Shown here piece after piece: positions 54,597-64,000 of a stretch of 64,000 nt of DNA. Below the pieces are notes generated by a model that worked only from the letters and a program-made list of their open reading frames with translations, was not told where the DNA came from and did not search any database. Positions within the stretch are counted from its first letter, which is position 1. Every line of letters begins with the position of its first letter. The stretch spans positions 8,747-72,746 of the forward strand of contig CAVONQ010000004.1 in assembly GCA_963697335.1 (NCBI GenBank). Direction: 5' to 3'. This DNA comes from an uncultured cyanobacterium. GTDB taxonomy: Bacteria; Cyanobacteriota; Cyanobacteriia; PCC-6307; Cyanobiaceae. A program made the position numbers and the translations under genes.

Positions 54597-54878
54597 ATGG
54601 CCAATCCCTGCCGGGCCTTGATGATGGGCCTGGCCATGAGCCTGGCCTTACCCCACGGCCTGCCCGCCCAGGCCCAGAGGGTGATCACGGGTGGCTGCCC
54701 CCTGCTGGTGCCAGCGAGTCAACGGGAGCTGCAGCCCAAGCGCCTGCCCGCCAACCAGGTGATCGGCAAAAACGAGCTCGGTTGTCTCTCGCCCCATGAC
54801 GCGATCTATGGGACCGACGGCTGCCCGCTGCGGCTGTGTGGCCCCAACGCCGGGGTGATTCAGCTGCCTGAGCCGTAG
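54597..54878 (+). CDS. small secreted Cys-containing hypothetical protein
   Basis: Signal peptide ending AQA; GCP...GCLSPHDAIYGTDGCPLRLCG. Confidence 0.6.
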   Translation: MANPCRALMMGLAMSLALPHGLPAQAQRVITGGCPLLVPASQRELQPKRLPANQVIGKNELGCLSPHDAIYGTDGCPLRLCGPNAGVIQLPEP

Positions 54879-55525
54879 GCCACCTGGCAGACGGCGTTGA
54901 GCAGCTGGGCCTGTTGCACCGAAGCCGGCACCCGGCCGTTGAGCAAGCCCTGCTGGCAGTTGGCGGCACCACTGAGCTGGCCGCTGCCCTCCAGGTTGTA
55001 GTTGAAGCTCACCCCGCCCGTGCCCACACTCTCCACGGAGCCGTAGTCGAGCTGAATGCCGGTCTGGGGCACCACGATCACGGTGGACTGCTGATCCGCA
55101 GCGGCATTCACCAACGAGCCGATCGCGGCCCCCGTGGCCAGGCCCGCCACGCCCCAGGCAGCGGCGCTCTCCCCCCACCAGCCCCAGCCGCCCCAGCCGC
55201 CGTACCAGCCGTGGTTCCAGGGGCGGCTGTTCCAGTAGCCGCCACCACGCCAGCCGTCATTCCAGCCGTGGATGTCGCGGCTGTAGAAGTTGTTGTTGAT
55301 GGTGACCCGATTGAAGCGATCGCCTTCCACGGCGGGCCGGGCCCCGGCGCCATAGAGCGGATGCTCGCCGCGATAGCCACCGCGCCAGGCTTCCCCGCCC
55401 CCACCGGAGAAGCGGTAGCCCCCCCTCGCCAGGGCGGGCCCACCCGCCAGGGCAGAACTCACCACCAGGCACGACAAAGCAACGGCAAGCCCCTTCACGG
55501 ATGCAGTCTCAGCACTACGCCCCAT
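54860..55525 (-). CDS. secreted Gly/Trp/Arg-rich hypothetical protein
   Basis: Signal peptide ending ALA; RGG and GW repeats; GLATGAAIG; C-terminal domain with two Cys. Confidence 0.72.
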   Translation of the reverse strand: MGRSAETASVKGLAVALSCLVVSSALAGGPALARGGYRFSGGGGEAWRGGYRGEHPLYGAGARPAVEGDRFNRVTINNNFYSRDIHGWNDGWRGGGYWNSRPWNHGWYGGWGGWGWWGESAAAWGVAGLATGAAIGSLVNAAADQQSTVIVVPQTGIQLDYGSVESVGTGGVSFNYNLEGSGQLSGAANCQQGLLNGRVPASVQQAQLLNAVCQVAYGSGS

Positions 55526-55587
55526 TCTCCTGCATGGAGGGGGCCCTCAATGGGCTGTCTCACCAAGCCATTGAGGGCTCAGTCACC

Positions 55588-56275
55588 TCAGGGCAGCTGA
55601 TCCGGGCTTGAGCCGAGGGCCCTGCAGGCCCGCAGCACCAGGCTCCCAGGCCGGTATGCAGATCGATCACCGCCAGGCGGTGTGTGGCCGGGACCAGGTG
55701 ATCCGCCAGGATCTGGCCCAGGGTGCGCAGCGACCAGCTGGTTTGGGTCCCGCCGTAGAACAGTCCTTCCGGGTGGGAGTACTGACCCCGCTGCAAAATC
55801 GCCTGGTAAGCGGGTATGCCGTTCTCCTGAATGAAGCGCGCCAGCTGGGCATCGGCCCGTTGCCGCTCGGGCCCGTCGAAGGCCGTTGGCACCAGGGCAT
55901 TGTGCAGGCTTGAGTAGGCCGGATTGTCCGGCAGCGGCAGGCTGAAATCGCAGCCGTTGCGATTGAGGTCGATGTTGTCTTCGTTGCCCCGACGCCCCCA
56001 GGCAAAGCCATGGGGATTGAGGCCATGGATCAGCAGAGCGCCGCAACCCTTCGGCAGGGCTCCATGCAGTGCATCCACCAGGAAGCCCACCTGGCAGCCT
56101 GATCCGGCCTGGAGGGGCCGAAGGCGGCCACATCGATGGCCAGCCGTTCACCGCTGGGGCCAGAATGGCCAGGCAGGGGATAGCTGCTGAGCCTGGCCGC
56201 GGCACGCTTGGATGCAGATAGAAACGATGCGCGGGCGGCTCCGTAATCAACGCTGAAGTAGTCGCTGCTGGGCAT
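55588..56275 (-). pseudogene. DUF2817 / M14-like metallopeptidase pseudogene with two internal deletions
   Basis: FS.DY..AR..FL...GP.GE.L.IDVA (frame 1); GSGCQ...IHGLNPHGF...RR.NEDNIDLNRN...GQY.HP.GLFYGG...DLHTGLG (frame 2); short tail LVLRACRAL to TGA 55588 (frame 3). Confidence 0.78.
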
Positions 56276-56481
56276 GGGGAGCCTTGGCGGCGGCCGATTG
56301 GCCAGCCTCGCTGAAGCCACTATCCCCCTGCTCGACCTTCCCTCGCTGCAGACCTCTCAGGGCCTGGTCACCATCACGGCTGGACCGCGGTGGTCAGGCT
56401 CCATAGATTGAGAAAAAGTCCCGGGACCAGCTGACACGACCCAAGGCTGCCCCTGCCAGGCCATGGCGAGTCGCCATCGCC

Positions 56482-57906
56482 TTGCCCCTGGCCATGGTGG
56501 CGGGAGCCCTGCTTCGCTTCCACGCTCCTGGGAGCCCATGGCTCTCGCACGATGAGGTGCTCACGCTGCTGCGTTCAGCCGGCTACCAGGTCGGTGAACT
56601 GGACTCACTGACAGCCCAGGCGGGGCCCCTGACGTTCGGCTCCCTGCAGACCTTCCTGAAGCTGAGCCCACTCCACCCCTGGGCGGACACCCTGAGCGCC
56701 CTGGTGGACCATCCCGAGCACCCTCCGCTCTACTTTCTGATGGCGCGCCTGGTGCGCGAAGGGCTCAACGATTCGATCGCGGCCCTGCGCCAGCTCTCAG
56801 CCCTGTTGAGCCTGCTCGCCCTGCCGGTGCTCTACCAGCTGGGCCGGCAGGTGTCCGGGAAGACCGGTGTGGGAGCCGTGGCAATGCTGCTTGGTTCGGT
56901 GTCACCCCTGCAGCTGCTCTACGCCCAGGACGCCCGGCCCTACAGCCTGCTGGTGCTGCTCACCGCCCTGGCCTGTTCCACCTACCTGCGCCTGCAGCGC
57001 CGCGGTGGAGCGGCCAACGCCTGGCTCTACGGACTCACCATGGTGAGTGGGCTCTACACCAGCCTGATCTTTCTGGTGGTGCTGCTGAGCCATGGCCTTC
57101 ACAGCTGGCTGGTGGAAGGCCCAGCGGGTCACCGCCGCCGCTGGGGACTCGCTGCAGGGGCAGCCGCCGCTGCCTTCCTGCCCTGGCTGGCGGTGATCGC
57201 CCGCGGTCTGGGCCCCCTGCTGCTGCACACGGCCTGGCTGAGGGAACCAGCAGACCCCTTGCCGGCCCCCCTGATCCGCTCGCTCCACTGGAGTTCTCCC
57301 TTCCTCGATCTGGGGGATGGCGCCCCTGCCTGGCTGCCACTGGTGCTGCTGCCCCTGCTGGCGGCCCTGGTCTGGGCCGGCAGCACCGAACTAGGGCGGA
57401 ACGGCCGGCCTGGGGGGCGGTCGCTGCTGGTGCTGCTGCTGCTCTGCAACAGCCTGGCCGTAGCCCTGCCCGATCTGCTGCTGGGCGGGCGCCACAGCCT
57501 GGTGACCCGCTATCTGCTGCCGGCCAGTGTGAGCCTGGTGCTGCTGGTGGCCGCAGGGCTGGAGGCCCGGATCCGCTCCAAGGGGTATCGGCTGGTCGGC
57601 CTCAGCCTGCTGGCCCTGCTGGTGGTGGGAGGAGCCGCGTCCTGCCACACGATTCTGGCGGCAGAGACCTGGTGGAGCCGCTACAGCTTCGATCAGCCGG
57701 CCATCCGGGATCAGCTGCAGGCCCAGCCAGGCCGCGTGCTGCGGGTGGTGCGCTCCAGCAGCAGCGGTGGAGAAGCCGTGGCCCTGAGTCGGACGTTGAC
57801 GCCAACAACGCTGCTGTTCTTCGCCGATGAGCCGCTGCCGCCGGACCATCCGGCCGTGCTGTCATCCCATCATCTGGGTCAGGTGCTGCGGCAGAGCTCG
57901 GGATGA
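56482..57906 (+). CDS. glycosyltransferase family 39 / PMT-like membrane protein
   Basis: HDEV.TLLR, HPEHPPLYF, LRQLS, SP..L.YAQDARPYSL, RYLLP; multiple TMs; frame open upstream to CTG 56431. Confidence 0.82.
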   Translation: MPLAMVAGALLRFHAPGSPWLSHDEVLTLLRSAGYQVGELDSLTAQAGPLTFGSLQTFLKLSPLHPWADTLSALVDHPEHPPLYFLMARLVREGLNDSIAALRQLSALLSLLALPVLYQLGRQVSGKTGVGAVAMLLGSVSPLQLLYAQDARPYSLLVLLTALACSTYLRLQRRGGAANAWLYGLTMVSGLYTSLIFLVVLLSHGLHSWLVEGPAGHRRRWGLAAGAAAAAFLPWLAVIARGLGPLLLHTAWLREPADPLPAPLIRSLHWSSPFLDLGDGAPAWLPLVLLPLLAALVWAGSTELGRNGRPGGRSLLVLLLLCNSLAVALPDLLLGGRHSLVTRYLLPASVSLVLLVAAGLEARIRSKGYRLVGLSLLALLVVGGAASCHTILAAETWWSRYSFDQPAIRDQLQAQPGRVLRVVRSSSSGGEAVALSRTLTPTTLLFFADEPLPPDHPAVLSSHHLGQVLRQSSG

Positions 57907-57927
57907 GGTGTGGTGGAGCCCAGAAGG

Positions 57928-57994
57928 CGGCTTTCCCACCAGTGACCGACGGGATTCCCACCGGCGGGTGGAGCGCCGTACCGACTGGTTCGGC
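57928..57994. promoter_or_regulatory. putative heat-shock regulatory elements upstream of clpB
   Basis: Direct repeats CGGCTTTCCCACC / CGGGATTCCCACC and inverted repeat GCCGTACC-GACT-GGTTCGGC (57975-57994). Confidence 0.4.
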
Positions 57995-58064
57995 TGCCAG
58001 GGGTTTCAACCGCTACCGCCGTGCATAGCGTGATCACAACGTCAGATCACAGGGAGAGTCGTCC

Positions 58065-60728
58065 ATGCATCCCACCGCAGAACTGTTCACCGAGAAGGCC
58101 TGGGGCGCCGTGGTAGCGGCCCAGCAGCTGGCCGTGCAGAAGCGCCAGCAGCAGATGGAGAGCGAGCACCTCTTCTCGGCCCTGCTGGCCCAGCAGGGGC
58201 TGGCCAACCGCATCCTCGAAAAAGCCGGTGTGGATGTGGGCAGCCTCAGCCAGAAGGTGGAGGCCTACATCAGCTCCCAACCCAGCCTCGGCGCAGCGCC
58301 CGACAACGTCTACCTGGGCAAGGGGCTCAACGGCGTGCTCGATCAGGCCGAGCAGCTCAAGCAGACCTACGACGACAGCTACATCGCCATCGAGCACCTG
58401 CTGCTGGCCCTGGCGATCGACGACCGCTGCGGCAAGCAGCTGCTCGCGCAGGCCGGCACCAGCGCCGACAAACTCAAGGAGGCTGTGCAGGCGGTGCGGG
58501 GCAGCCAGAACGTGACCGACCAGAACCCCGAGGGCACCTACGAATCGCTGGAGAAGTACGGCCGCGACCTCACCGCCGCCGCCCGTGAGGGCAAGCTCGA
58601 TCCGGTGATCGGCCGTGACGAGGAGATCCGCCGCACGATCCAGATCCTCAGCCGCCGGACCAAGAACAACCCGGTGCTGATCGGCGAACCCGGCGTTGGT
58701 AAAACCGCGATCGTGGAGGGGCTGGCCCAGCGCATCGTCAACGGCGATGTACCCCAGGCCCTGCAGAACCGCCAGCTGGTGTCGCTGGACATGGGCGCCC
58801 TGATCGCCGGCGCCAAGTACCGGGGCGAGTTCGAGGAGCGGCTCAAGGCCGTGCTCAAGGAGGTCACCTCCTCCGACGGCCAGATCGTGCTGTTCATCGA
58901 CGAGATCCACACCGTGGTGGGGGCCGGCGCCACCGGCGGCTCGATGGATGCCAGCAACCTGCTCAAGCCGATGCTGGCCCGTGGCGAGCTGCGCTGCATC
59001 GGTGCCACCACCCTCGATGAGCACCGCCAGCACATCGAGAAGGATCCGGCCCTGGAGCGCCGCTTCCAGCAGGTGTTCGTGGATCAGCCCACCGTGGAAG
59101 ACACCATTTCGATCCTGCGGGGCCTCAAGGAGCGCTACGAGGTGCACCACGGCGTGCGCATCGCCGACAACGCGCTGGTGGCCGCCGCGGTGTTGAGCAG
59201 CCGCTACATCGCCGACCGCTTCCTGCCCGACAAGGCCATCGACCTGATGGATGAATCGGCAGCGCGGCTGAAGATGGAGATCACCTCCAAGCCGGAGGAG
59301 ATCGACGAACTCGATCGCCGCATCCTGCAGCTGGAGATGGAAAAGCTCTCCCTGGGCAGGGAATCGGACGCCGCCAGCAAGGAACGGCTGGAGCGGCTGG
59401 AGCGGGAACTCGCCGAACTGCGGGAGCAGCAGAGCGGTCTCAATGCCCAGTGGCAGTCCGAAAAGGGTGCCATCGAGGCCCTCAGCGCCCTCAAGGAGGA
59501 GATCGAACAGGTGCAGCTGCAAGTGGAGCAGGCCAAGCGCCAGTACGACCTCAACAAAGCCGCCGAGCTCGAGTACGGCACCCTGGCCGACCTGCACCGC
59601 AAGCTGGCCAGCAAAGAGGCAGAGCTCAACGGCGGCAGCGGCCGGGCGGGTGCTGAGGGCAGCACCGAAAAAACCCTGCTGCGCGAGGAGGTCACCGAAG
59701 AGGACATCGCCGAGGTGATCGCCAAGTGGACGGGGATCCCGGTGAGCAAGCTCGTCCAGAGCGAGATGGAAAAGCTCCTGCACCTGGAGGACGAACTCCA
59801 CACCCGGGTGATCGGCCAGGCCCAGGCCGTGACCGCCGTTGCCGATGCCATCCAGCGCTCCCGCGCCGGGCTCAGCGACCCCAACCGGCCGATTGCCTCC
59901 TTCCTCTTCCTCGGCCCCACCGGGGTGGGCAAAACAGAGCTCTCCAAGGCCCTGGCCTCCCAGCTCTTTGATGCCGATGACGCCATGGTGCGCATCGACA
60001 TGAGCGAGTACATGGAGAAGCACGCCGTGAGCCGCCTGATCGGCGCCCCTCCCGGCTATGTGGGCTACGAGGAGGGCGGCCAGCTCACCGAAGCCGTGCG
60101 GCGGCGCCCCTATGCCGTGATCCTGTTCGATGAGGTGGAAAAGGCCCACCCCGACGTGTTCAACGTGATGCTGCAGATCCTCGATGACGGCCGCGTCACC
60201 GATGGCCAGGGCCGCACGGTGGACTTCACCAACACGGTGCTGATCCTCACCAGCAACATCGGCAGTTCCTCGATCCTTGATCTGGCCGGTGACCCGGCCC
60301 GCCATGGCGAGATGGAGAAGCGGGTGAATGAGGCCCTGCGGGCCCACTTCCGCCCCGAGTTTCTCAACCGCCTCGATGAAACGATCATCTTCCACAGCCT
60401 CCGCCAGGAGGAGCTGCGCGAGATCGTGGAACTGCAGGTGCAGCGGCTGGAGCGGCGCCTGGAAGACCGCAAGCTGGGCCTCCAGCTGAACGCGGATGCC
60501 CTCGACTGGCTGGCCGGGGTGGGCTACGACCCCGTGTATGGCGCCAGGCCCCTGAAGCGGGCGATCCAGCGCGAGCTGGAAACCCCGATCGCCAAGGGGA
60601 TCCTGGCGGGCCGGTTCACGCCGGGCCACAGCATCGTGGTGGACGTGACCAGCGATGGCACCGAGGCTGCTGAGGGCCGCCTGCGCTTCCAGCAGAGCGA
60701 GCCGGCCCAACTGCCGTTGCTGGTCTGA
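58065..60728 (+). CDS. clpB: ATP-dependent chaperone ClpB
   Basis: [14 protein letters not shown], coiled-coil middle domain, [23 protein letters not shown]. Confidence 0.98.
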   Translation: MHPTAELFTEKAWGAVVAAQQLAVQKRQQQMESEHLFSALLAQQGLANRILEKAGVDVGSLSQKVEAYISSQPSLGAAPDNVYLGKGLNGVLDQAEQLKQTYDDSYIAIEHLLLALAIDDRCGKQLLAQAGTSADKLKEAVQAVRGSQNVTDQNPEGTYESLEKYGRDLTAAAREGKLDPVIGRDEEIRRTIQILSRRTKNNPVLIGEPGVGKTAIVEGLAQRIVNGDVPQALQNRQLVSLDMGALIAGAKYRGEFEERLKAVLKEVTSSDGQIVLFIDEIHTVVGAGATGGSMDASNLLKPMLARGELRCIGATTLDEHRQHIEKDPALERRFQQVFVDQPTVEDTISILRGLKERYEVHHGVRIADNALVAAAVLSSRYIADRFLPDKAIDLMDESAARLKMEITSKPEEIDELDRRILQLEMEKLSLGRESDAASKERLERLERELAELREQQSGLNAQWQSEKGAIEALSALKEEIEQVQLQVEQAKRQYDLNKAAELEYGTLADLHRKLASKEAELNGGSGRAGAEGSTEKTLLREEVTEEDIAEVIAKWTGIPVSKLVQSEMEKLLHLEDELHTRVIGQAQAVTAVADAIQRSRAGLSDPNRPIASFLFLGPTGVGKTELSKALASQLFDADDAMVRIDMSEYMEKHAVSRLIGAPPGYVGYEEGGQLTEAVRRRPYAVILFDEVEKAHPDVFNVMLQILDDGRVTDGQGRTVDFTNTVLILTSNIGSSSILDLAGDPARHGEMEKRVNEALRAHFRPEFLNRLDETIIFHSLRQEELREIVELQVQRLERRLEDRKLGLQLNADALDWLAGVGYDPVYGARPLKRAIQRELETPIAKGILAGRFTPGHSIVVDVTSDGTEAAEGRLRFQQSEPAQLPLLV

Positions 60729-60730
60729 GC

Positions 60731-61504
60731 TCAGGCGGCCAGGGCCGCCGCCAGGGCCGGGTCGCTGTGCCAGCTGAAGCGGCCCTCCCGGGCCACTTCG
60801 ATGCAGAGTTCCGTGCGCAGCTCCTCCAGGTTCTGCTCCATGCGCTCGGACCAGTCCACAGGGAACAGGGGCTGGGCCTCCAGGCCCAGCTCCAGACCAC
60901 GGCTGATCATCCGAAACACGTAGGCCGTGGTGCGGGCCTGCTCCCGGGGGCTTTCCAGCTGGTCAATCGGCGTATCGGTGCGGAACCAGGAGGTGAGCAG
61001 GGCGATCAGATCGGTGAAGGCCAGCCCCGGATGGGAGAACTGGGCCACGCTGGCACTGATCACGCCGAGCTCCCCGTAGTTATCGAGGCTGAAGCCCGTC
61101 ACGATGTGGTGGATGTCGTGGGTGGCGTACACCCGGTAGTTGATGTAATCAGCGTCGCTCTCCAGGTTGTTGAAGAAGGCCGGCTCTGGGAAGAAGTTGA
61201 TGTCGTAGCCGAGCGTGGCCATCACCGTGGCGTAGGTGTGGCCGAGGCTGCCCTTCGGCATCGCCTGCAGGGCCTCGAGGTTGTAGGGGCCGATGGGGCG
61301 CCGCTGCTCCACCCAGGCCCAGCTGGCCGGATCGCGCTGCAGCCGGCTGAGGCAGAGCTGCATGGGACGCGAGGCGCGCAGCCGGTGCGAGAGCGTGAAC
61401 ACGTTGTCTGCCGACTGGCCAGCCCCGACCGCCAGGTCGGCCAGATCGAGAAACTGCTGGATCGACTCCGCGCTGGCCACCCGATCGAGATAGCGGAAGC
61501 TCAT
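60731..61504 (-). CDS. Coq4 family protein
   Basis: L.AMPKGSLG..Y, R...THDIHHIVTGF.....GE (HDxxH-x11-E). Confidence 0.8.
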   Translation of the reverse strand: MSFRYLDRVASAESIQQFLDLADLAVGAGQSADNVFTLSHRLRASRPMQLCLSRLQRDPASWAWVEQRRPIGPYNLEALQAMPKGSLGHTYATVMATLGYDINFFPEPAFFNNLESDADYINYRVYATHDIHHIVTGFSLDNYGELGVISASVAQFSHPGLAFTDLIALLTSWFRTDTPIDQLESPREQARTTAYVFRMISRGLELGLEAQPLFPVDWSERMEQNLEELRTELCIEVAREGRFSWHSDPALAAALAA

Positions 61505-62340
61505 GCCAGGACAGTGGGGATCTCAACGCTACGCGGCGTCGGCAGGCCCAGGGCCAGCAGGTGCGTGTTGCGGATGCGCCGGTTCGCGGCCGGGGCCTGC
61601 TCGGAGCCGCCGGTCCACTGCACTGGCTCCAGCCCCTGGCTGGAGCAGACCCGATCCATCAGCTGACGCAGGGTGACCGGCTGGCCATCCACCACGTTCA
61701 GCGTGCCGCTGAAGCCGCTCTCCAGCACCCGGTCGATGGCGGCCACGGCATCGTCGCGGTGGATCCAGTTGCTCCAGGTGCTGCCATCGCCGGGGCGGCG
61801 GCTACCCGCCAGCCTTGCCAGCCGCGGGGCCAGCTCCCGGCCTGGACCATGCAGGGCGCCAAGGCGCAGCAGGGCCACCGGATGGGCGACCTGTCCCAGC
61901 AACGCCTCGGCCTGCAGCAGCACCGCGGCATGGCCATCGCGGGGCTGGGGCGGCGTGGATTCGTCGATCCAGTCGCCCCCCGCATCGCCATAGACGCCGC
62001 AGCTGCTCGTGTAGATGATCTGGCGCAGCAGGGGCAGCTCCGGCAGCAGCTCCAGCAGCGAACGGCAGGTGGACAGGTAGGTGGAGGCGTAGGCAGCGGC
62101 ATCCACCTGGCGATCGCCCCGGGGTGCCAGCGTCAGCACCACCACCTCGGCCTGCTCCAGGGCCCGGGCCATCGCGTTTCGGTCATCGCCCTGCACCACC
62201 AGGGCCGTGGCTCCGAGCGCCTCCAGCTGCGGCAGCCGCTCTGGACGGGTGGTGGTGAGCACCAGGCCATGGCGCTGCCGCCAGTGGCTGGCCAGGGCCA
62301 GACCAAGCCAGCCGCAGCCGATGATGGTGATCTGCAACAT
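61501..62340 (-). CDS. atypical SDR / NAD-dependent epimerase family protein
   Basis: IIGCGWLG, YTSSCGVYGD, LLQAE, LRLG..HGPGR, NWIHRDD; ATG 62340 chosen. Confidence 0.85.
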   Translation of the reverse strand: MLQITIIGCGWLGLALASHWRQRHGLVLTTTRPERLPQLEALGATALVVQGDDRNAMARALEQAEVVVLTLAPRGDRQVDAAAYASTYLSTCRSLLELLPELPLLRQIIYTSSCGVYGDAGGDWIDESTPPQPRDGHAAVLLQAEALLGQVAHPVALLRLGALHGPGRELAPRLARLAGSRRPGDGSTWSNWIHRDDAVAAIDRVLESGFSGTLNVVDGQPVTLRQLMDRVCSSQGLEPVQWTGGSEQAPAANRRIRNTHLLALGLPTPRSVEIPTVLA

Positions 62341-62389
62341 TCCGAAGGCTGCTGGCCCGACCCTAGGGAGCTGGTGGCGGAGCGAACCC

Positions 62390-63226
62390 ATGCATGGAGC
62401 CGAGCGGCAGTGGCAGCTCAACCGCAAGAACTTCGAGGGGCGTTGGCAGGGCCCCACCCGCTGGTACGGGCGCCGCAGGGACGGGGTGCTGGATCTGGAA
62501 CAGCCGGAGCTGGAACTCCCCCACAGCACCTACACCATCAGCTTCGACAGCCCTACCAGCGGGGTCTGGCACGGGGAGGGGCTGCGCTTCGCGCCAGGGG
62601 GTGAGCGCCGCCTGCCCCTGAGCGCCTCCACCTACAACCAGGGCGGCAGCTGCTGGCAGCTCCCCGCGGCAGGGGGCCAGTCGAGCCTGGTGGTGCCGCC
62701 CCCAGCGGCGGGCGAGGCCCCTGGGGCCCGATTCGGGCACGAGATCAACATCTTTCAGGGGCGCTGCCGCACCATGCTGGTGGCCCTTTGGCTGCCCCAG
62801 CCGCAGGCTCCGGCCGGAGCCCGCCCCTGGCGGCTGGACCAGCTGGCGGTCACGCCCTTCCGCTGCACCCTCGGCGCGCTCGATCCGGGGCGGCCCGCCG
62901 TTGAGAACGCTCCAGAGCAACTGCAACGGCTGCGCGGCTGGCCCGGTGAACAGGAGCGCCTGGAGCCAGGTCGCTGGCCGGAGCAGGATCAACCGGGCCA
63001 GCCCTGCGCCCCCCTGGATCCGGCCGAGTTCGTCGGCCGTGGCCTCACGGCGGGATTCGCCGATGGCCTCATCGCCAGCCTGCCGGAGTGGTTGCCGCAG
63101 GGCCCGTTCCGCCTGGAGGTGGGCTGTCTGCTCAGCCCGGATCGCTTCACGCGGATCAGCGTGCTGTTCAACGCCGCCGGCCAGCTGCAGGCCTGGGAGC
63201 GGCGCCGCTACCGAGCAGCCGCTTAG
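62390..63226 (+). CDS. hypothetical protein, DUF3598-like beta-barrel
   Basis: QWQLNRKNFEGRWQG N-terminus; C-terminal F.LEVGCL......R....F...GQL; ATG 62390. Confidence 0.6.
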   Translation: MHGAERQWQLNRKNFEGRWQGPTRWYGRRRDGVLDLEQPELELPHSTYTISFDSPTSGVWHGEGLRFAPGGERRLPLSASTYNQGGSCWQLPAAGGQSSLVVPPPAAGEAPGARFGHEINIFQGRCRTMLVALWLPQPQAPAGARPWRLDQLAVTPFRCTLGALDPGRPAVENAPEQLQRLRGWPGEQERLEPGRWPEQDQPGQPCAPLDPAEFVGRGLTAGFADGLIASLPEWLPQGPFRLEVGCLLSPDRFTRISVLFNAAGQLQAWERRRYRAAA

Positions 63227-63248
63227 CTGGCGACCAACATGGCAAGAG

Positions 63249-63536
63249 CTAGCAAACCAGCGCATCAATGCGCTGGGCTAGCTGCAGGTCGAGGTTGGAG
63301 AGGCCGCCGGTGTCATGGGTGGTGAGGTCCACCGTGACCCGATTCCACACGTTGCTCCACTCGGGGTGGTGGCCCATGGCCTCAGCCACCAGGGCCACCT
63401 GGGCCATGAAGCCGAAGGCGCCCACGAAGTCCGCAAAGCGGAACTCGCGGTGCAGCTTGCCGTTCACCAGGCTCCAGGCCGGCACGGTGGTGGACAGATC
63501 GGCAATCTGTTGGGGGGTGAGGGGGATGGCGGCCAC
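63249..63536 (-). CDS. phhB: pterin-4a-carbinolamine dehydratase
   Basis: F.FADF..AFGFM, AE.MGHHPEW, LTTHDTGGLS.LD. Confidence 0.93.
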   Translation of the reverse strand: MAAIPLTPQQIADLSTTVPAWSLVNGKLHREFRFADFVGAFGFMAQVALVAEAMGHHPEWSNVWNRVTVDLTTHDTGGLSNLDLQLAQRIDALVC

Positions 63537-63573
63537 GGCTCTGACGGCGGGATGGAGCCATGCTGACGCAGGC

Positions 63574-63930
63574 TCAGGCGCTGGGGCCGAACAGGATCGG
63601 TCGCCGGGTGGGCACGGCGTCTTCGGCGTCGCTCCAGTCGATGCGGCAGGTGATGCTGCGCTGGCCTTCCTCGCCGGAGCGCCAGAAGTGCATCCGGGTG
63701 ACGATCGAATCAGCAGGCCTCAGCATCTGGGCCCGGTTGCAGGCATCCACCTCAGAGATGGAGGAGGTGTAAGTCTCAGCGCCCCTCAGGGGTTGGGGTT
63801 TCGGCTCGGCGACGGCCTCCGGGGCGGGGCTGGACTCAGTCTCGGCTGGCTGGGCCCTGAGGGGAGCGCCGGCCAGGCCCCAGCAGCACAGCAAAGACAC
63901 CAGGGATGACGACAGGAGGGGGCGGATCAT
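63574..63930 (-). CDS. secreted hypothetical protein
   Basis: Signal-like N-terminus; SEVDACNRAQ...ITCRIDW. Confidence 0.6.
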   Translation of the reverse strand: MIRPLLSSSLVSLLCCWGLAGAPLRAQPAETESSPAPEAVAEPKPQPLRGAETYTSSISEVDACNRAQMLRPADSIVTRMHFWRSGEEGQRSITCRIDWSDAEDAVPTRRPILFGPSA

Positions 63931-64000
63931 GGACCGAAGCGACAGCGGGCCTGGGCAGACTCAGAAGAACCGGGCCTGACCACGGGACAATAGGGCGCTG

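Noticed and set aside
58047..60710. 887-aa antisense ORF mirroring clpB (similar ones opposite glgB, prlC, thrS, trpS, psbA, ubiD)
   Set aside because: Expected shadow ORFs from strong GC3 bias in high-GC genes; no recognisable domains

Overview
High-GC picocyanobacterial chromosome (Cyanobium/Synechococcus-like; inferred from psbA, petJ, ndhD, ycf51, glgA/glgB, menB/menD and codon style). About 60 densely packed genes, mostly core: murI (partial), amidase, nitrilase, comB, ubiD, Rrf2, aroA, glmU, murF, glgA, menBD, lepB, a Mn/Zn ABC transporter, psbA (D1:1 type), trpS, thrS, glk, thrB, ndhD, prlC, folB, proA, tamB, glgB, hemE, petJ, clpB and phhB. I saw no rRNA, tRNA, CRISPR array, IS, integrase or prophage. 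No clearly novel multi-gene system is demonstrable from sequence alone. The best leads are: (i) a structured, possibly switching leader upstream of a secreted GH104 lysozyme; (ii) a small accessory patch between petJ and clpB with small secreted proteins, a doubly deleted DUF2817 pseudogene and a GT39 glycosyltransferase; (iii) a sugar-kinase/DOMON-like pair whose second gene is frameshifted; (iv) a Coq4-family gene with an intact metal motif; (v) a ribbon-helix-helix-like protein before trpS; (vi) several genes whose conserved N-termini need a CTG start or a 1-nt indel. Family calls come from motif recognition, not database searches.
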